NCBI GenBank assembly: GCA_017694845.1
Contig: JADIMI010000022.1
Span: forward strand, 650-64,649
DNA: 64,000 nt
DNA from: Candidatus Cryptobacteroides intestinavium
GTDB lineage: Bacteria; Bacteroidota; Bacteroidia; Bacteroidales; UBA932
Direction: 5' to 3'
A model generated the notes under the pieces. The model saw only the letters and a list, made by a program, of their open reading frames with translations, was not told the origin of the DNA and did not search any database. Positions 1 through 10,121 of this stretch are shown here, piece after piece. The translations under genes were made by a program, and so were the position numbers. Each line of letters begins with the position of its first letter. The first letter of the stretch is position 1.

Positions 1-104
1 TTTTTCCGGGTGCAATTATAGGGATATTTTTCTGAATGACGATGGCATAAGCCCACTTTTTTTATGCTTGCCCGTATTATTTTACAGAATGGGCCTGCAC
101 CGGG

Positions 105-3100
105 TCAACGGCCGGTGCAGGAAGCGAGATCTCTGTAACGCAGAAGGGCCTCAAGGAAGTAGTAGTCAGCGTATGTGAGAGGGACATCCACCTCCGACCG
201 CCCCGGCTTGTTGCCTACGCTGTGCTGCAGCAGAAAGCCATGCATTCCGCCCTCGGGCGCAAGATATTCCTCACCTGCAAGTGCCCTGAGCATCTTCTCC
301 GCTACAGACAGATACTTATGCGATTTCTCTCCTGACACATATGTCGAGAGCTCTATCAGACCGCTTGCCATTATCGCGGCTGCAGAAGCATCCCTGAAGT
401 CATCGGGGATACGGTCCGAGTCGAAGTCCCAGTACGGAATGCCATCCTCCGGCAGACGTCCGATCACATAGTCCGCCACCGCCGCAGCCTGATCGACAAA
501 CTTTTTCTGATGCGTATAACGGTAGACCATAGTATATGCATACAGCGCCCAGGCCTGTCCCCTGGCCCACGCAGAACTGTCGGCAAAGCCCTGGACAGTC
601 TGACGTCCGCGTACTGCACCTGTCTCCGGATCATAATCCACGAGATGATAACTGCTGTTGTCAGGACGGAAATGATTCTTCATAGTCACAGTGGAGTGAG
701 ATACAGCCACATCCAGATATTCATCCCTTCCTGTCAGCTGATATGCCTTGAGAAGGAGCTCCATATTCATCATATTGTCTATGATGACAGGGAAACGCCA
801 CTGCCTGCCGTGGTTCCACGAACGGGTACAGCCCACTTCAGGGTCGAATCTCGTGCACAATGATGAAGCAGCTGTATCTATGACCTCCACGCAGTGACTG
901 TCGCCTGTAAAAGCCAGCTCATTCCCGAAACTGCACATTATCTGGAAGCCTATGTCGTGGTCATCCTTCCGGAATTTCAACGGCTCGAGCCCAGCAGTAT
1001 ATCTTTTCGCAAGAGCTTTCATCCGCTCATCTCCTGTATACGCGTAAGTGTACCAGAGCGAACCTGGGAAGAAACCTGAACACCACCATCTCATATTGCT
1101 GACGACAAGATTGCCTTCAGGATCAAGGCTACGGGGAAAGAGAACGGTGTCACGGTGCGACACACTCTCAAGTCTCTCCTCTTCTGCAGTCACATTTCTG
1201 TCCAGAAGAGAGAACTGCTCCACAGCCCTGGCGAATACCCTGTCCGAAAGATGCCGCATTGTCTCAGGAAGATCCGTAAAAGCCTCCTTCCCATCCGCCC
1301 GCCGGACTATGACAGAAGGCCTGTCAACATCAAACCGCTGTCCGGCCAGCTCGTAGCTTCCAGGGACATGTAGAACCGCGCAGATGACATCTCCGCAGCG
1401 CACCGCCTGGCAGTCAGCATCATTGCGCAGCACTGTAACGGGAGACCTGCGCCCTCCCCTGAAATATTTCTTCGCAAATCCGGCAGTCTGTCTTGCAGTG
1501 GAGCACGGGACTACAGCATATGCATAAGATCCGCTCTTCCCGTCTGAAAGCCCGTCCACCGGATGTTCAAACCAGCATTTGAACACCTGTCCTGAATCTT
1601 TCTTTCCTTTGAGTGCAGGGTCTACAGCCCCCCAGTCTCCAGTCTGGACACTGTCACTGATATGTATCTCCGCCCCGTCCAGACTGACATATCCTCTGGA
1701 GTTGTGATGCACCCAGGACTCCCCTTTCATAACATCGCCGACCAGATGAGTCTGGTCTATCGCGGTGGTGACCCCGGTGATATCACTCCGAGAGACTCTG
1801 ATATCGGCACCGAGGTTCACGACACATCCAGGGAAAAAGAACACGCTCTTCAACGCGTGCAGACCATCTCTGTCAAGTTCCATAGTGGCAGCCATTACAT
1901 CCCCATCCGCCACACCGCCGACGTGGGATGACCAGTTACGCTTCCCGGCGACGGAATCATCGCACTTGATCGGCCTGCCATCGTTGTATGCTGTCACTCC
2001 CGGAATCTTTCTCCAGTCCCAGTATGCAAAAATATTGTCGAATTCCCTGCCGTCCTGCATTATGATCAATGCCCCATCCGCCGAGAAATTGGCCAGGGTA
2101 TTCTCTTTATTGGTGAATTCAAAACCTACAGTCCTTTCGGAATGCATCCTGATGGAGGCATACCAGCCCGGCTGTCTGTAAATGCCGCAGTCCGACCTCC
2201 AGTAGTATCTCGACCCGACCAGGGTATTGGCATAGAGGTCCGGTCGGAGATTCTCGAGGGAAATCCTCGAATAGAGCCGGGATTCCTCGCCATCTGTCGC
2301 CGCCGCCATATTCTGTGCCGCCACCGCAAGGGCGTAGGCCTTGCCCGTTCCTCCATCGATAAAATTCTGTCTTCCGCAGAAACTCGGATCCATCACTCCC
2401 CTGTATACACTCCAGCAGATACCGTCCTTCATCAGACTGGAGACTATATCGACCTGCTCATCGGAGAACGCATACTCTGTCCCTTTCAGCACCCTGAGCC
2501 AGAATGAAATCCCATCCACGTATGCAAGTCCGTAATTCCCGAACTGTATCTGTGGGCCGTGCTGATGGAAAGACCAGTCCTCCTGGATACCCTCACTGTC
2601 CGTGACGTATATCTCTTCCGCAATCTGTCTCTTCGCTTCCGCGACCAGAGCCGGATCATCGACAAGGAGCCCCTTCATCAGATTATTCCCCGCAAGCCAC
2701 ACCTTGTTCTGCCCTGTCATCCCGAACTTCGAACGCTCAAGCACCTTGAGGCCACCGGCAATCTCCTCACGGGACAGTTCATCCATAAGCATCAGCAGAA
2801 CAGAGGTCATCTTCTTCGGCACCCCTATATCATTGTGCCACCAGTTCGGACATACCGGCATATTGCTGAACCACCATCCCATCGCGGAATGCAGAAGCTT
2901 ATGCAGCTCCCGGGAACCTTCCCATTCATTGCCCGGATATCTGTACAGTTTAGCCAGTGCATACATCCTCGTCACGTGCAGGGTCGCAGGCCATCTTCCC
3001 CTGTCCTGCGCGGCATAGTCTATATCTGTCCAGCACCCTTGCTCCCAGTCGAACGCATCGAGCAGCCTTCTGACCTCGGCATCAGGAAGATGGACCGACA

Positions 3101-3317
3101 TATACAGCTGGAGCAGCAGCACATCGTTCGCCCTGCCGTAATCGGAATATTCTATAAACTTACGGGTGACTTCGGCATCCGGAGCATACGTGACCACAGA
3201 TGCCTCGACAAAGGAATCCCGGATATCCGCGAGACCTGTCTCCTCAGCCGAGACGGCATCCGCCGGCCAGAAAGAAAACAGGATATACATCAAAAAAGAA
3301 AAGAATATATTCTTCAT
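105..3317 (-). CDS. Secreted fusion of polysaccharide lyase family 8 (chondroitin/hyaluronate lyase-like) and GH88 unsaturated glucuronyl hydrolase
   Basis: Likely start MKNIFFS at 3317 with signal peptide. PL8-like motifs NWWHNDIGVP, GQNKVW, DWSFHQHG..GNYG. C-terminal GH88 motifs WCSGFFPGSLWY, DHDIGF, VIIDNMMN, WARGQAW, DASAAAI, YADYYFLEAL. Confidence 0.85.
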   Translation of the reverse strand: MKNIFFSFLMYILFSFWPADAVSAEETGLADIRDSFVEASVVTYAPDAEVTRKFIEYSDYGRANDVLLLQLYMSVHLPDAEVRRLLDAFDWEQGCWTDIDYAAQDRGRWPATLHVTRMYALAKLYRYPGNEWEGSRELHKLLHSAMGWWFSNMPVCPNWWHNDIGVPKKMTSVLLMLMDELSREEIAGGLKVLERSKFGMTGQNKVWLAGNNLMKGLLVDDPALVAEAKRQIAEEIYVTDSEGIQEDWSFHQHGPQIQFGNYGLAYVDGISFWLRVLKGTEYAFSDEQVDIVSSLMKDGICWSVYRGVMDPSFCGRQNFIDGGTGKAYALAVAAQNMAAATDGEESRLYSRISLENLRPDLYANTLVGSRYYWRSDCGIYRQPGWYASIRMHSERTVGFEFTNKENTLANFSADGALIIMQDGREFDNIFAYWDWRKIPGVTAYNDGRPIKCDDSVAGKRNWSSHVGGVADGDVMAATMELDRDGLHALKSVFFFPGCVVNLGADIRVSRSDITGVTTAIDQTHLVGDVMKGESWVHHNSRGYVSLDGAEIHISDSVQTGDWGAVDPALKGKKDSGQVFKCWFEHPVDGLSDGKSGSYAYAVVPCSTARQTAGFAKKYFRGGRRSPVTVLRNDADCQAVRCGDVICAVLHVPGSYELAGQRFDVDRPSVIVRRADGKEAFTDLPETMRHLSDRVFARAVEQFSLLDRNVTAEEERLESVSHRDTVLFPRSLDPEGNLVVSNMRWWCSGFFPGSLWYTYAYTGDERMKALAKRYTAGLEPLKFRKDDHDIGFQIMCSFGNELAFTGDSHCVEVIDTAASSLCTRFDPEVGCTRSWNHGRQWRFPVIIDNMMNMELLLKAYQLTGRDEYLDVAVSHSTVTMKNHFRPDNSSYHLVDYDPETGAVRGRQTVQGFADSSAWARGQAWALYAYTMVYRYTHQKKFVDQAAAVADYVIGRLPEDGIPYWDFDSDRIPDDFRDASAAAIMASGLIELSTYVSGEKSHKYLSVAEKMLRALAGEEYLAPEGGMHGFLLQHSVGNKPGRSEVDVPLTYADYYFLEALLRYRDLASCTGR

Positions 3318-3382
3318 CGGTATGTTATTTATCCTCTCGAAAAAACGTGGTAATTTAATGAATAAACAGCAGAAATGAAAAT

Positions 3383-3416
3383 AAAAGAGGATGCCTGGAG
3401 ATTTCCGGCATCCTCT
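3383..3416 (-). terminator. Probable intrinsic terminator or attenuator upstream of the PL8-GH88 gene
   Basis: Stem AGAGGATGCC/GGCATCCTCT followed on the minus strand by TTTATTTTCATTT. Confidence 0.55.
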
Positions 3417-3480
3417 GGACATAAGTCCGGCGGGACTGGGGATGTCCCTGGCCGGACATGATTATGGAATCGGTATAGTA

Positions 3481-5628
3481 CTATCTGTTCTCGGTGTCCT
3501 TCTGGCAGCGTATTGCGAAAGCCTGTGATCTCACTGCATCTACCGCCGCCATATCGAACGTCGCAGAGAAATAGCAATACTGCATAATGACACCCCTTGA
3601 TGTAGTGGTCGGATTAACGCTGTTTGCCCAATAGATGGCTCCGTGCCTGTTGTTGGATCCCGTACGGTTGCCCCACTGGTCGTTTGATCCCCAGTGCGCA
3701 CCGCTATATGGCCAGTAGTCATACATCGTATTGCCATTCGAATCATTCCCGAGAGGATATGCGAGCACACTTGTATTGTCTCCGGTGAACGGACTCTGGT
3801 TCTGGTCTACCATTTCATCACTCTGATGTTCCATACCGTTGTCGAATTCCCATCTCAGGGCTGATTTCTTGACTTCATTGAACACGCGGGCATCGCAGAC
3901 GCGGTAGCCGGCAGGGCAAGGGTCATATATTGTCTTATGGCCGATCCCGTTCGGGTCGTACCAGTCGGTAGTGTTATTCACTCCTCCCCAGAGATCCGGC
4001 CTGTGCTCTGCTGCCTGCCAGTCGCCATCGGAATCCTTGGCGCCATAGATCAGATACGGAGTCTTTGTGACATCCTCGAGATCCAGTCCGGCAGTGACAT
4101 ACGTCTGGTTATAGACTGAATTACCGTTGTTGGACCACATGAAAGGATCCTTGCGACCCCACTGGAAATATGCCCAGGCTCCGCCCATCTTTCCGAGCTC
4201 CGCTGCATACGAGTTACTGTAATCCGAACCGATGAGTCTGTCCAGGAGGACGATATCACCGGCAGGATAAGTGACATCCCCCGGTTCATCGCCGGTCAGA
4301 TATCTCCATATCATAAACGACCAGATAATATTGTAATCCTTGTCATAGAGGGCAACCACTCCCCAGGTTCCCGTCTGTGCCTGATCATAGCAGCTGACAT
4401 CTATAGTGTAGTCATCTTTCACAAGATTGGTCGGAGTCGCTTCATAGACTTCAGATCCATCCGGAAGATAAAGGAGCTTCCTGGTATTTCCCACGTTCGC
4501 GTGGCTGAGTATGCCGTAATAGACAGGCTCCTTGACTTTCGAGAAATCTCCGCGTGCACGGACATCGATTGTAATGGTAGTGCCACCTTCGCCTTTCGGC
4601 TTCTGCTCTATGAAATAGGTATTCTGCTTTCCGTATGCCCAGCCATCAACAAGGTCGCGGGTCTCGACAGGATCATACCACTTGAATTCATCCGGAAGAG
4701 AACTTGCGCTTACACCGGTGATTTCAATGACAGAAAGGCAGCTTTCCCTCAATTCACCGCCAGCGATCTTGACAGGGATGGTGACAGTTTCATTGCCGGC
4801 CGGATTCTCCATTGTAATGATGGCATAGACAGAGCCATTTGCGGAAAGGTCGCAAGGGAGAGCCGTGAAATAGACCTCCTGAGGCTCGGACAATGCCGAA
4901 GGGCGTGAAATGACAGCTCCGACACTCTCGGATGTATTTGTCGCAGTCAGTTCGCCTGTTGACAGATCGCATGCGACATCTCCTGCCAGTTCAGCGCCTA
5001 CAGCATAAAGTTTGGCTCCGGTAAGATTATATGCAGAGTATTCCGAAGAAGATATAACCATCTTGACAAACGCAGTCTTCTGCTGAAGTTCGAAGGTCAC
5101 ATCCTCGGTCTGGCCGGCGGCGAGGTCTACATCATTGTCATATGCAAGAGCATAATTGCCTACATGTATGCTTGAACTGGCAGTGCGCTGAGTCTGCAGA
5201 GCCGGCACAGTTGAAGTCAATATCCCTTCCGAATATACGGCAGAACCCGGATACGTAATGACGAGTTTCATATCTGAATCCGCGACCAGAGCATTTGTAG
5301 TCTGGAATACACCTGATACCCGTCCGGCTGACTCGGAGAAAAGTTCTGCATTCTCATTGGAGAAAGTACCGGCAGGGGCAGGATTATCTTCAGTAGCAAG
5401 AGCCGCACCCTGGGTGGAGACTTTGATGGCATCACCTGTAGCCCAGAGAAGAGGATAGACCTCTCCGTCTTTCTCTCCTATAGAGACCTTGGTATTCATC
5501 GTTGAAGTACCGGACAGGACGATCCTGCTGCCGTCTTCCGTACCCGGCCGGGCCATCTTGTTCTCATCAACTGAGCAGGAAGCCGCTATAAGTGCAAGTG
5601 CACCAAAAAGTGAAATATATTTTTTCAT
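3481..5628 (-). CDS. Surface lipoprotein, fimbrillin-like N-terminus with a QWGRKDPF/DPCP-type C-terminal domain
   Basis: Lipobox AASC; W..GD.I motif typical of fimbrillin-like proteins; YFQWGRKDPF and KTIYDPCPAGYRV motifs. Confidence 0.6.
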   Translation of the reverse strand: MKKYISLFGALALIAASCSVDENKMARPGTEDGSRIVLSGTSTMNTKVSIGEKDGEVYPLLWATGDAIKVSTQGAALATEDNPAPAGTFSNENAELFSESAGRVSGVFQTTNALVADSDMKLVITYPGSAVYSEGILTSTVPALQTQRTASSSIHVGNYALAYDNDVDLAAGQTEDVTFELQQKTAFVKMVISSSEYSAYNLTGAKLYAVGAELAGDVACDLSTGELTATNTSESVGAVISRPSALSEPQEVYFTALPCDLSANGSVYAIITMENPAGNETVTIPVKIAGGELRESCLSVIEITGVSASSLPDEFKWYDPVETRDLVDGWAYGKQNTYFIEQKPKGEGGTTITIDVRARGDFSKVKEPVYYGILSHANVGNTRKLLYLPDGSEVYEATPTNLVKDDYTIDVSCYDQAQTGTWGVVALYDKDYNIIWSFMIWRYLTGDEPGDVTYPAGDIVLLDRLIGSDYSNSYAAELGKMGGAWAYFQWGRKDPFMWSNNGNSVYNQTYVTAGLDLEDVTKTPYLIYGAKDSDGDWQAAEHRPDLWGGVNNTTDWYDPNGIGHKTIYDPCPAGYRVCDARVFNEVKKSALRWEFDNGMEHQSDEMVDQNQSPFTGDNTSVLAYPLGNDSNGNTMYDYWPYSGAHWGSNDQWGNRTGSNNRHGAIYWANSVNPTTTSRGVIMQYCYFSATFDMAAVDAVRSQAFAIRCQKDTENR

Positions 5629-5646
5629 TTTCTTTCTTATTTAAGG

Positions 5647-6111
5647 TTACCACTCTATTTCTTCAAGTTCACCAGGATTGTTTTCGGTACTCCATCCATC
5701 AGGAAGTCCGAGCGGTGTCCATCTTTCATATACTACATCCACAGCGCGGCCCGTATTGTCATACACTGCTATCGCAGTGAACATATCCTGACCTATACGG
5801 ACATCCGTGACAGTATTGCTATACGGCAGTTCGACGTCCACTCCGTTCTCGATGACATAGTTTGTCAGCTGGATTTCACTTTCCAGATCTATAGTCACAT
5901 CAGCGAAATTCATCATTTCGATGAGCCTGGCGCCATAGAAGCTGCCGGACGTAAGCTCTGCTTCAATAGTGGCAGAGTTGTCATCATGCGGGGTCACGGT
6001 AAGAGCGACCTCGATGTTTTCATTCTGCGTCTGCTGCTGATTACCTGGCTTATTGCATCCTGAAAGCAATACAGTAGCTGCCACAGCGATCAAAAAAAGA
6101 ATTCTTTTCAT
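5647..6111 (-). CDS. Small hypothetical lipoprotein of the PUL
   Basis: Likely start MKRILFLIAVAATVLLSGC at 6111 (lipobox); co-oriented within the locus. Confidence 0.65.
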   Translation of the reverse strand: MKRILFLIAVAATVLLSGCNKPGNQQQTQNENIEVALTVTPHDDNSATIEAELTSGSFYGARLIEMMNFADVTIDLESEIQLTNYVIENGVDVELPYSNTVTDVRIGQDMFTAIAVYDNTGRAVDVVYERWTPLGLPDGWSTENNPGELEEIEW

Positions 6112-6154
6112 TTCTTTTGAAATTTTGGTTATACATAAAGTGTCGATATGTGTA

Positions 6155-8089
6155 TTATTCCATAGGATCATCCGGAGTCAGCTTGATAGTAATGACCGCC
6201 TCATCTCCCTTCGGGATGGTGATGGTATAGCCGCATTCATAATACCCGGCGTTGGATGCATCCCAGAAATGCTCTCCTACCGTGCTCCAGGTCTTCCATT
6301 CCGGATTATGGCCAGTGGATGAAGATTTGGTCAGCCACATATATTTGTTGTCCTTTACAAGGGTTACAAAACCGTATTCTATGGTAGGCTGAGCCTGGGT
6401 CACCATAGTCCAGCGGATCTCTGCATCCTTGTCCGACCTTGCCTTGATCTGGTCTTTGATCACAAGGTCATCTCCATCTATGTAGATCGTACGGACAGCG
6501 GACTGCAGCTCATTGCTCAAAGGGGCGGTTATGTCTATAGTCGCTCCCTTCTGCCCGTCCGAATTCACGAGCCCGGTAATCTCACCCTCCCCGGCCACTC
6601 TGTGATAAGCGCCGTTGACGGTAATGGTATTATGGTTGAAGTTGTTGTATCTGAATGCCGTCCACCTTTCCGAACCGTCATTCATATCCCACAGGTTTAT
6701 GTATGGCTCAAGCGTACCGTAACTCTGCAGTCCGATATCGGAAGCCCAGCGTACGGCATTATAGTCATACACGAAGGATCCGGCATCCATATGTGAATGG
6801 CTGGTGCTGGCCTTCCCTCCTTTTATACCGAGGAACTTGTCCTCCAGCCCCATAGTCCAGGTGTCATGGACAAGGACGACAGGTGTGGCCCCTCCACCAC
6901 GGTAGATATAGTCTTCAGGCGCGGAAATATCGCTGAGAGAAATCTTGGACACGTAATAGGCAACCAGAGGAAGCAGCCGTGCCTCTGCCGAAGAATCATA
7001 CTTGCTGATCCTGTCCTGCTCTATATACAGCACCGACAGGTCGTTGAATTTCCAGGCGAAATACCACTGTGCCAGACAAGGTATGGCAGACGGGGCGCAG
7101 TCCGAATAATTGAAGCACATCCCGGACGGACCCTCCATAAACACCATATATTTCCCGGTCTTTGAAAAACCTTCGGTGCCCGAAAGGCCGGCATCATTGC
7201 CGGCAGCCGTCTCAAGAGCAGTCAGCATCAATGCTTCGTAAAGCGTTCCATAACACCAGTATGAATATCCTTCAGGATAATTTCCATCCGGAGCATACAG
7301 AGCCTCCATTACCGGGATATTGGATTCTATTGCCTTTTCAATGATCCCTTTGGCCACAGACTGGTTGCTTTCATACACAGCCAGAGCCGCACAGACAAGA
7401 CCTCCGTTGCAGACCTGGTTCCAGTTACTTTCCGCTTCATAGAAATTCAGGTTCCACGTCCCCTCGTTTGCAGGAGTGAATGCGAAATCATTCAATGCCT
7501 TGCGGGCAAGTTCCCTGGTCTCTTCGGAAAGATCATTGTAGAGCCAGTCATAGCCGAGTCCTACACCTGCCGCCATCTCTCCCACATCGAGGAAATGCTG
7601 CCTGGCGTTCCAGTCAGAGAATTTGCATACAGTCTGGATATCGTGTTCAGCCTGTGTGAGGAACTTCGTATCTCCCGTAGTCTTGTATGCATAAGCACAG
7701 AACAATATTCTTTCCTCGGCTTCACGGCTGACGGCAAGAAGCCTTTTCCCATCGAGCTCCCTGACCAGATCAGAATCCCCTATATAGCCGTTGGCTCTGG
7801 TTATGATCTTGTCATGGATCTGGGTGAATGCAGAATTGGCACCCGAGCCGGCCAGTTCTGCAAGTGCGGTGAATTCCTCATCCGTGAAAATGACTCTCGG
7901 ATGGTTCTCGGCAGTAAGGAGGGAGTAGTCCGGCTCCGTAGGATTGACAGGAGGCTCAGGAGTATCTTCCCCCTCCGTCTTGTTAAGGCTGCTGTCTCCC
8001 GGACGGAAAAGGGGGAATTCCTCTTTGGCACAGCCTCCCATAAGCAAGGCGGACACAGTGACAAGTAATATGAACATTCTTATCTTCAT
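6155..8089 (-). CDS. Heparinase II/III-like polysaccharide lyase lipoprotein
   Basis: Lipobox MGGC; motifs HPRVIF, HFLDVGEM, NWNQVCNGG, YPEGYSYW, FNYSD, HSHMDAGSF, HNTITVNG. Confidence 0.8.
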   Translation of the reverse strand: MKIRMFILLVTVSALLMGGCAKEEFPLFRPGDSSLNKTEGEDTPEPPVNPTEPDYSLLTAENHPRVIFTDEEFTALAELAGSGANSAFTQIHDKIITRANGYIGDSDLVRELDGKRLLAVSREAEERILFCAYAYKTTGDTKFLTQAEHDIQTVCKFSDWNARQHFLDVGEMAAGVGLGYDWLYNDLSEETRELARKALNDFAFTPANEGTWNLNFYEAESNWNQVCNGGLVCAALAVYESNQSVAKGIIEKAIESNIPVMEALYAPDGNYPEGYSYWCYGTLYEALMLTALETAAGNDAGLSGTEGFSKTGKYMVFMEGPSGMCFNYSDCAPSAIPCLAQWYFAWKFNDLSVLYIEQDRISKYDSSAEARLLPLVAYYVSKISLSDISAPEDYIYRGGGATPVVLVHDTWTMGLEDKFLGIKGGKASTSHSHMDAGSFVYDYNAVRWASDIGLQSYGTLEPYINLWDMNDGSERWTAFRYNNFNHNTITVNGAYHRVAGEGEITGLVNSDGQKGATIDITAPLSNELQSAVRTIYIDGDDLVIKDQIKARSDKDAEIRWTMVTQAQPTIEYGFVTLVKDNKYMWLTKSSSTGHNPEWKTWSTVGEHFWDASNAGYYECGYTITIPKGDEAVITIKLTPDDPME

Positions 8090-8125
8090 TGTTATGTATG
8101 TTTTTGTTTCATTAAGTCTGATACA

Positions 8126-8189
8126 GATTCTTCGCTTCGCTCAGAATGACAATGCTTCGCAGAATGACAATGCTTCGCTCAGAATGACA
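8126..8189. repeat. REP-like tandem repeat, three partial units of GCTTCGC(TC)AGAATGACA
   Basis: gattcttcgcttcgctcagaatgac-aatgcttcgcagaatgac-aatgcttcgctcagaatgac in the SusD/lyase intergenic gap. Confidence 0.65.
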
Positions 8190-10103
8190 TCAATAAGCCC
8201 AGCCCGGTTTCTGCTTAAGGTTAGGGTTTCGCTGACATTCCTGGGCAGGGGCAGCCCACGGATACATATCATCGGTATAATACCAGTAATAATCGTATCC
8301 GTCCCACTCTCCCCACCAGTTCTGTCCGCCATACCTTTCAAGGCCCTGGAATTTCATTTCCTTATAGGTGCCCCATCTCCATTCATCGAAGAAATCGTGA
8401 CCTTCCAGACAGAGTTCCACTCGCCGTTCATAGCGGATAGCTTCCATCACCTCCTCATCGGACCCGACACTGATATTCGGCATCCCCGCACGTGCACGGA
8501 TCTGGTTTACAATAGCGACTGCATCCCCCGATCTTCCGACGTGGACATAGGCTTCTGCGAGCTGCAGTACGACATCCGTGTAGCGGATAAGCGGCCAGTC
8601 AGTCGGACAGCGCAGACGGTCGATAAGATCGTCCGGCTTGTTGTAAGAATACTTCTTGAACACGAACATATTGTTGTAGGTGCCGATATAATAGTCACCG
8701 TAGTCATCGCCCTCTACAAGGAAAGGCCACCTCAACTCCTTGCCGATCTGTATCTGTCCGCCATTGTCAGTGGCATCCTTGAATGTATCATACGGTTCGT
8801 ATGGAGTCAGCACGATATCTTTCAGACGTGGATCCCTGTCGGCATATCCTCTGCGCACTCTGTCTTCATTGCCATCAGGCAGATAGTAGCGGTTGAATTC
8901 ATCGAGACCACCCAGAAGACCTACGACACGGTCGATCCTCTCCTGGATAATACCTGCCTGGTCCCTGTCCCAGTTGTCCTGGATGACAGTGCCATCGGCA
9001 TCGAGATGGATTCCGTTCCGGAGGAAGAACACCTCCCGTGCAGCAGGATTGTCGACAAATACCTGATCTTCCCATTCCGGGATGACATCCACCCAATGAA
9101 AGACCGTCCCGTCAGCATTCTGGAAATAGTCCACGAAATCCGAAGAAGGCCTGGCATTGGACCAGCTGTTCCAGGTGTCACGTCCACCGATTATCAGCTG
9201 GAGATTGTCACAGTAGCCGGCATCTGTATTATACTGAAGAGGGAAGATCATCTCGTGATCCTTTTCGTTGGTATAGTTGAAGAAATCAATGAACTTACCT
9301 GCCCACAGTCCATAGCCGCAGTCATCGACCATCTCGAAGTCATTCACCGCCTGCTGATAATAATAGGCAGCATCATATTCGGTCTGCGAACCTTTCTCCG
9401 CTTCGTAAGCCAGCCACATATAGGCCATTCCACGGAGAGAATAGGCTGCTCCCTTGGAAGGACGGCCATAATTCTCCGTAAGGGTATTCACCGGACAATA
9501 CGGGCTGTCGATACAATAATTCAGATCCGTTATGACAGCATTCCAGACCTCGACCGCAGTAGACTGGCTCCTGGTGCACTGATCCTCCGAAATCACTTCA
9601 AGATAGAGAGGCACCCCGCCATATATCTTGTTCAGACGGGAATAGGTCCACGCCCTGAGGAAACGCGCCTCGCATATATAACGCTCAAGTTTTTCCGTGC
9701 TCAGGCCTGCCTTGTGAAGGTTGGCAAGAGCATCATTGATACGGTGGATGGAAGTATAGCACCATTGCCATTCATACCACACCACAAATTCAGATGCGTC
9801 TTTTGTAGCATCCGACAGAGCCCTCAGATGGTAATTGTCCGATACAAAATCACACTGGAACTCCATTCCCATCCAGCCCTGTCTGTTGAGACCTGCCATA
9901 TCTTCGTACCTCAACTGGATCCTGGACAGGTCATCCCTGTAGAAATTCTCATACAGGCCTGCCATTCCCTTGTCTGCAAGACTTTCCGTAGACCACATAT
10001 TTGCACTCGCAATCTGATTGGCCGGAGCTATATCCAGCATATCCGTGCATGCTGCAAGCGGGAGAAGGGAAAGGGCGGGAATCAAAATTCTGTTATATTT
10101 CAT
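8190..10103 (-). CDS. susD: SusD/RagB family glycan-binding lipoprotein
   Basis: Likely start MKYNR at 10103, lipobox LAAC. Motifs EARFLRAW.Y, YGGVPL, LIRYTDV.L..AEA, VNQIRARAG, ERRVELCLEG, NPNL.Q.PGW. Confidence 0.92.
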   Translation of the reverse strand: MKYNRILIPALSLLPLAACTDMLDIAPANQIASANMWSTESLADKGMAGLYENFYRDDLSRIQLRYEDMAGLNRQGWMGMEFQCDFVSDNYHLRALSDATKDASEFVVWYEWQWCYTSIHRINDALANLHKAGLSTEKLERYICEARFLRAWTYSRLNKIYGGVPLYLEVISEDQCTRSQSTAVEVWNAVITDLNYCIDSPYCPVNTLTENYGRPSKGAAYSLRGMAYMWLAYEAEKGSQTEYDAAYYYQQAVNDFEMVDDCGYGLWAGKFIDFFNYTNEKDHEMIFPLQYNTDAGYCDNLQLIIGGRDTWNSWSNARPSSDFVDYFQNADGTVFHWVDVIPEWEDQVFVDNPAAREVFFLRNGIHLDADGTVIQDNWDRDQAGIIQERIDRVVGLLGGLDEFNRYYLPDGNEDRVRRGYADRDPRLKDIVLTPYEPYDTFKDATDNGGQIQIGKELRWPFLVEGDDYGDYYIGTYNNMFVFKKYSYNKPDDLIDRLRCPTDWPLIRYTDVVLQLAEAYVHVGRSGDAVAIVNQIRARAGMPNISVGSDEEVMEAIRYERRVELCLEGHDFFDEWRWGTYKEMKFQGLERYGGQNWWGEWDGYDYYWYYTDDMYPWAAPAQECQRNPNLKQKPGWAY

Positions 10104-10121
10104 CTTTATTTCCTCCATCAA

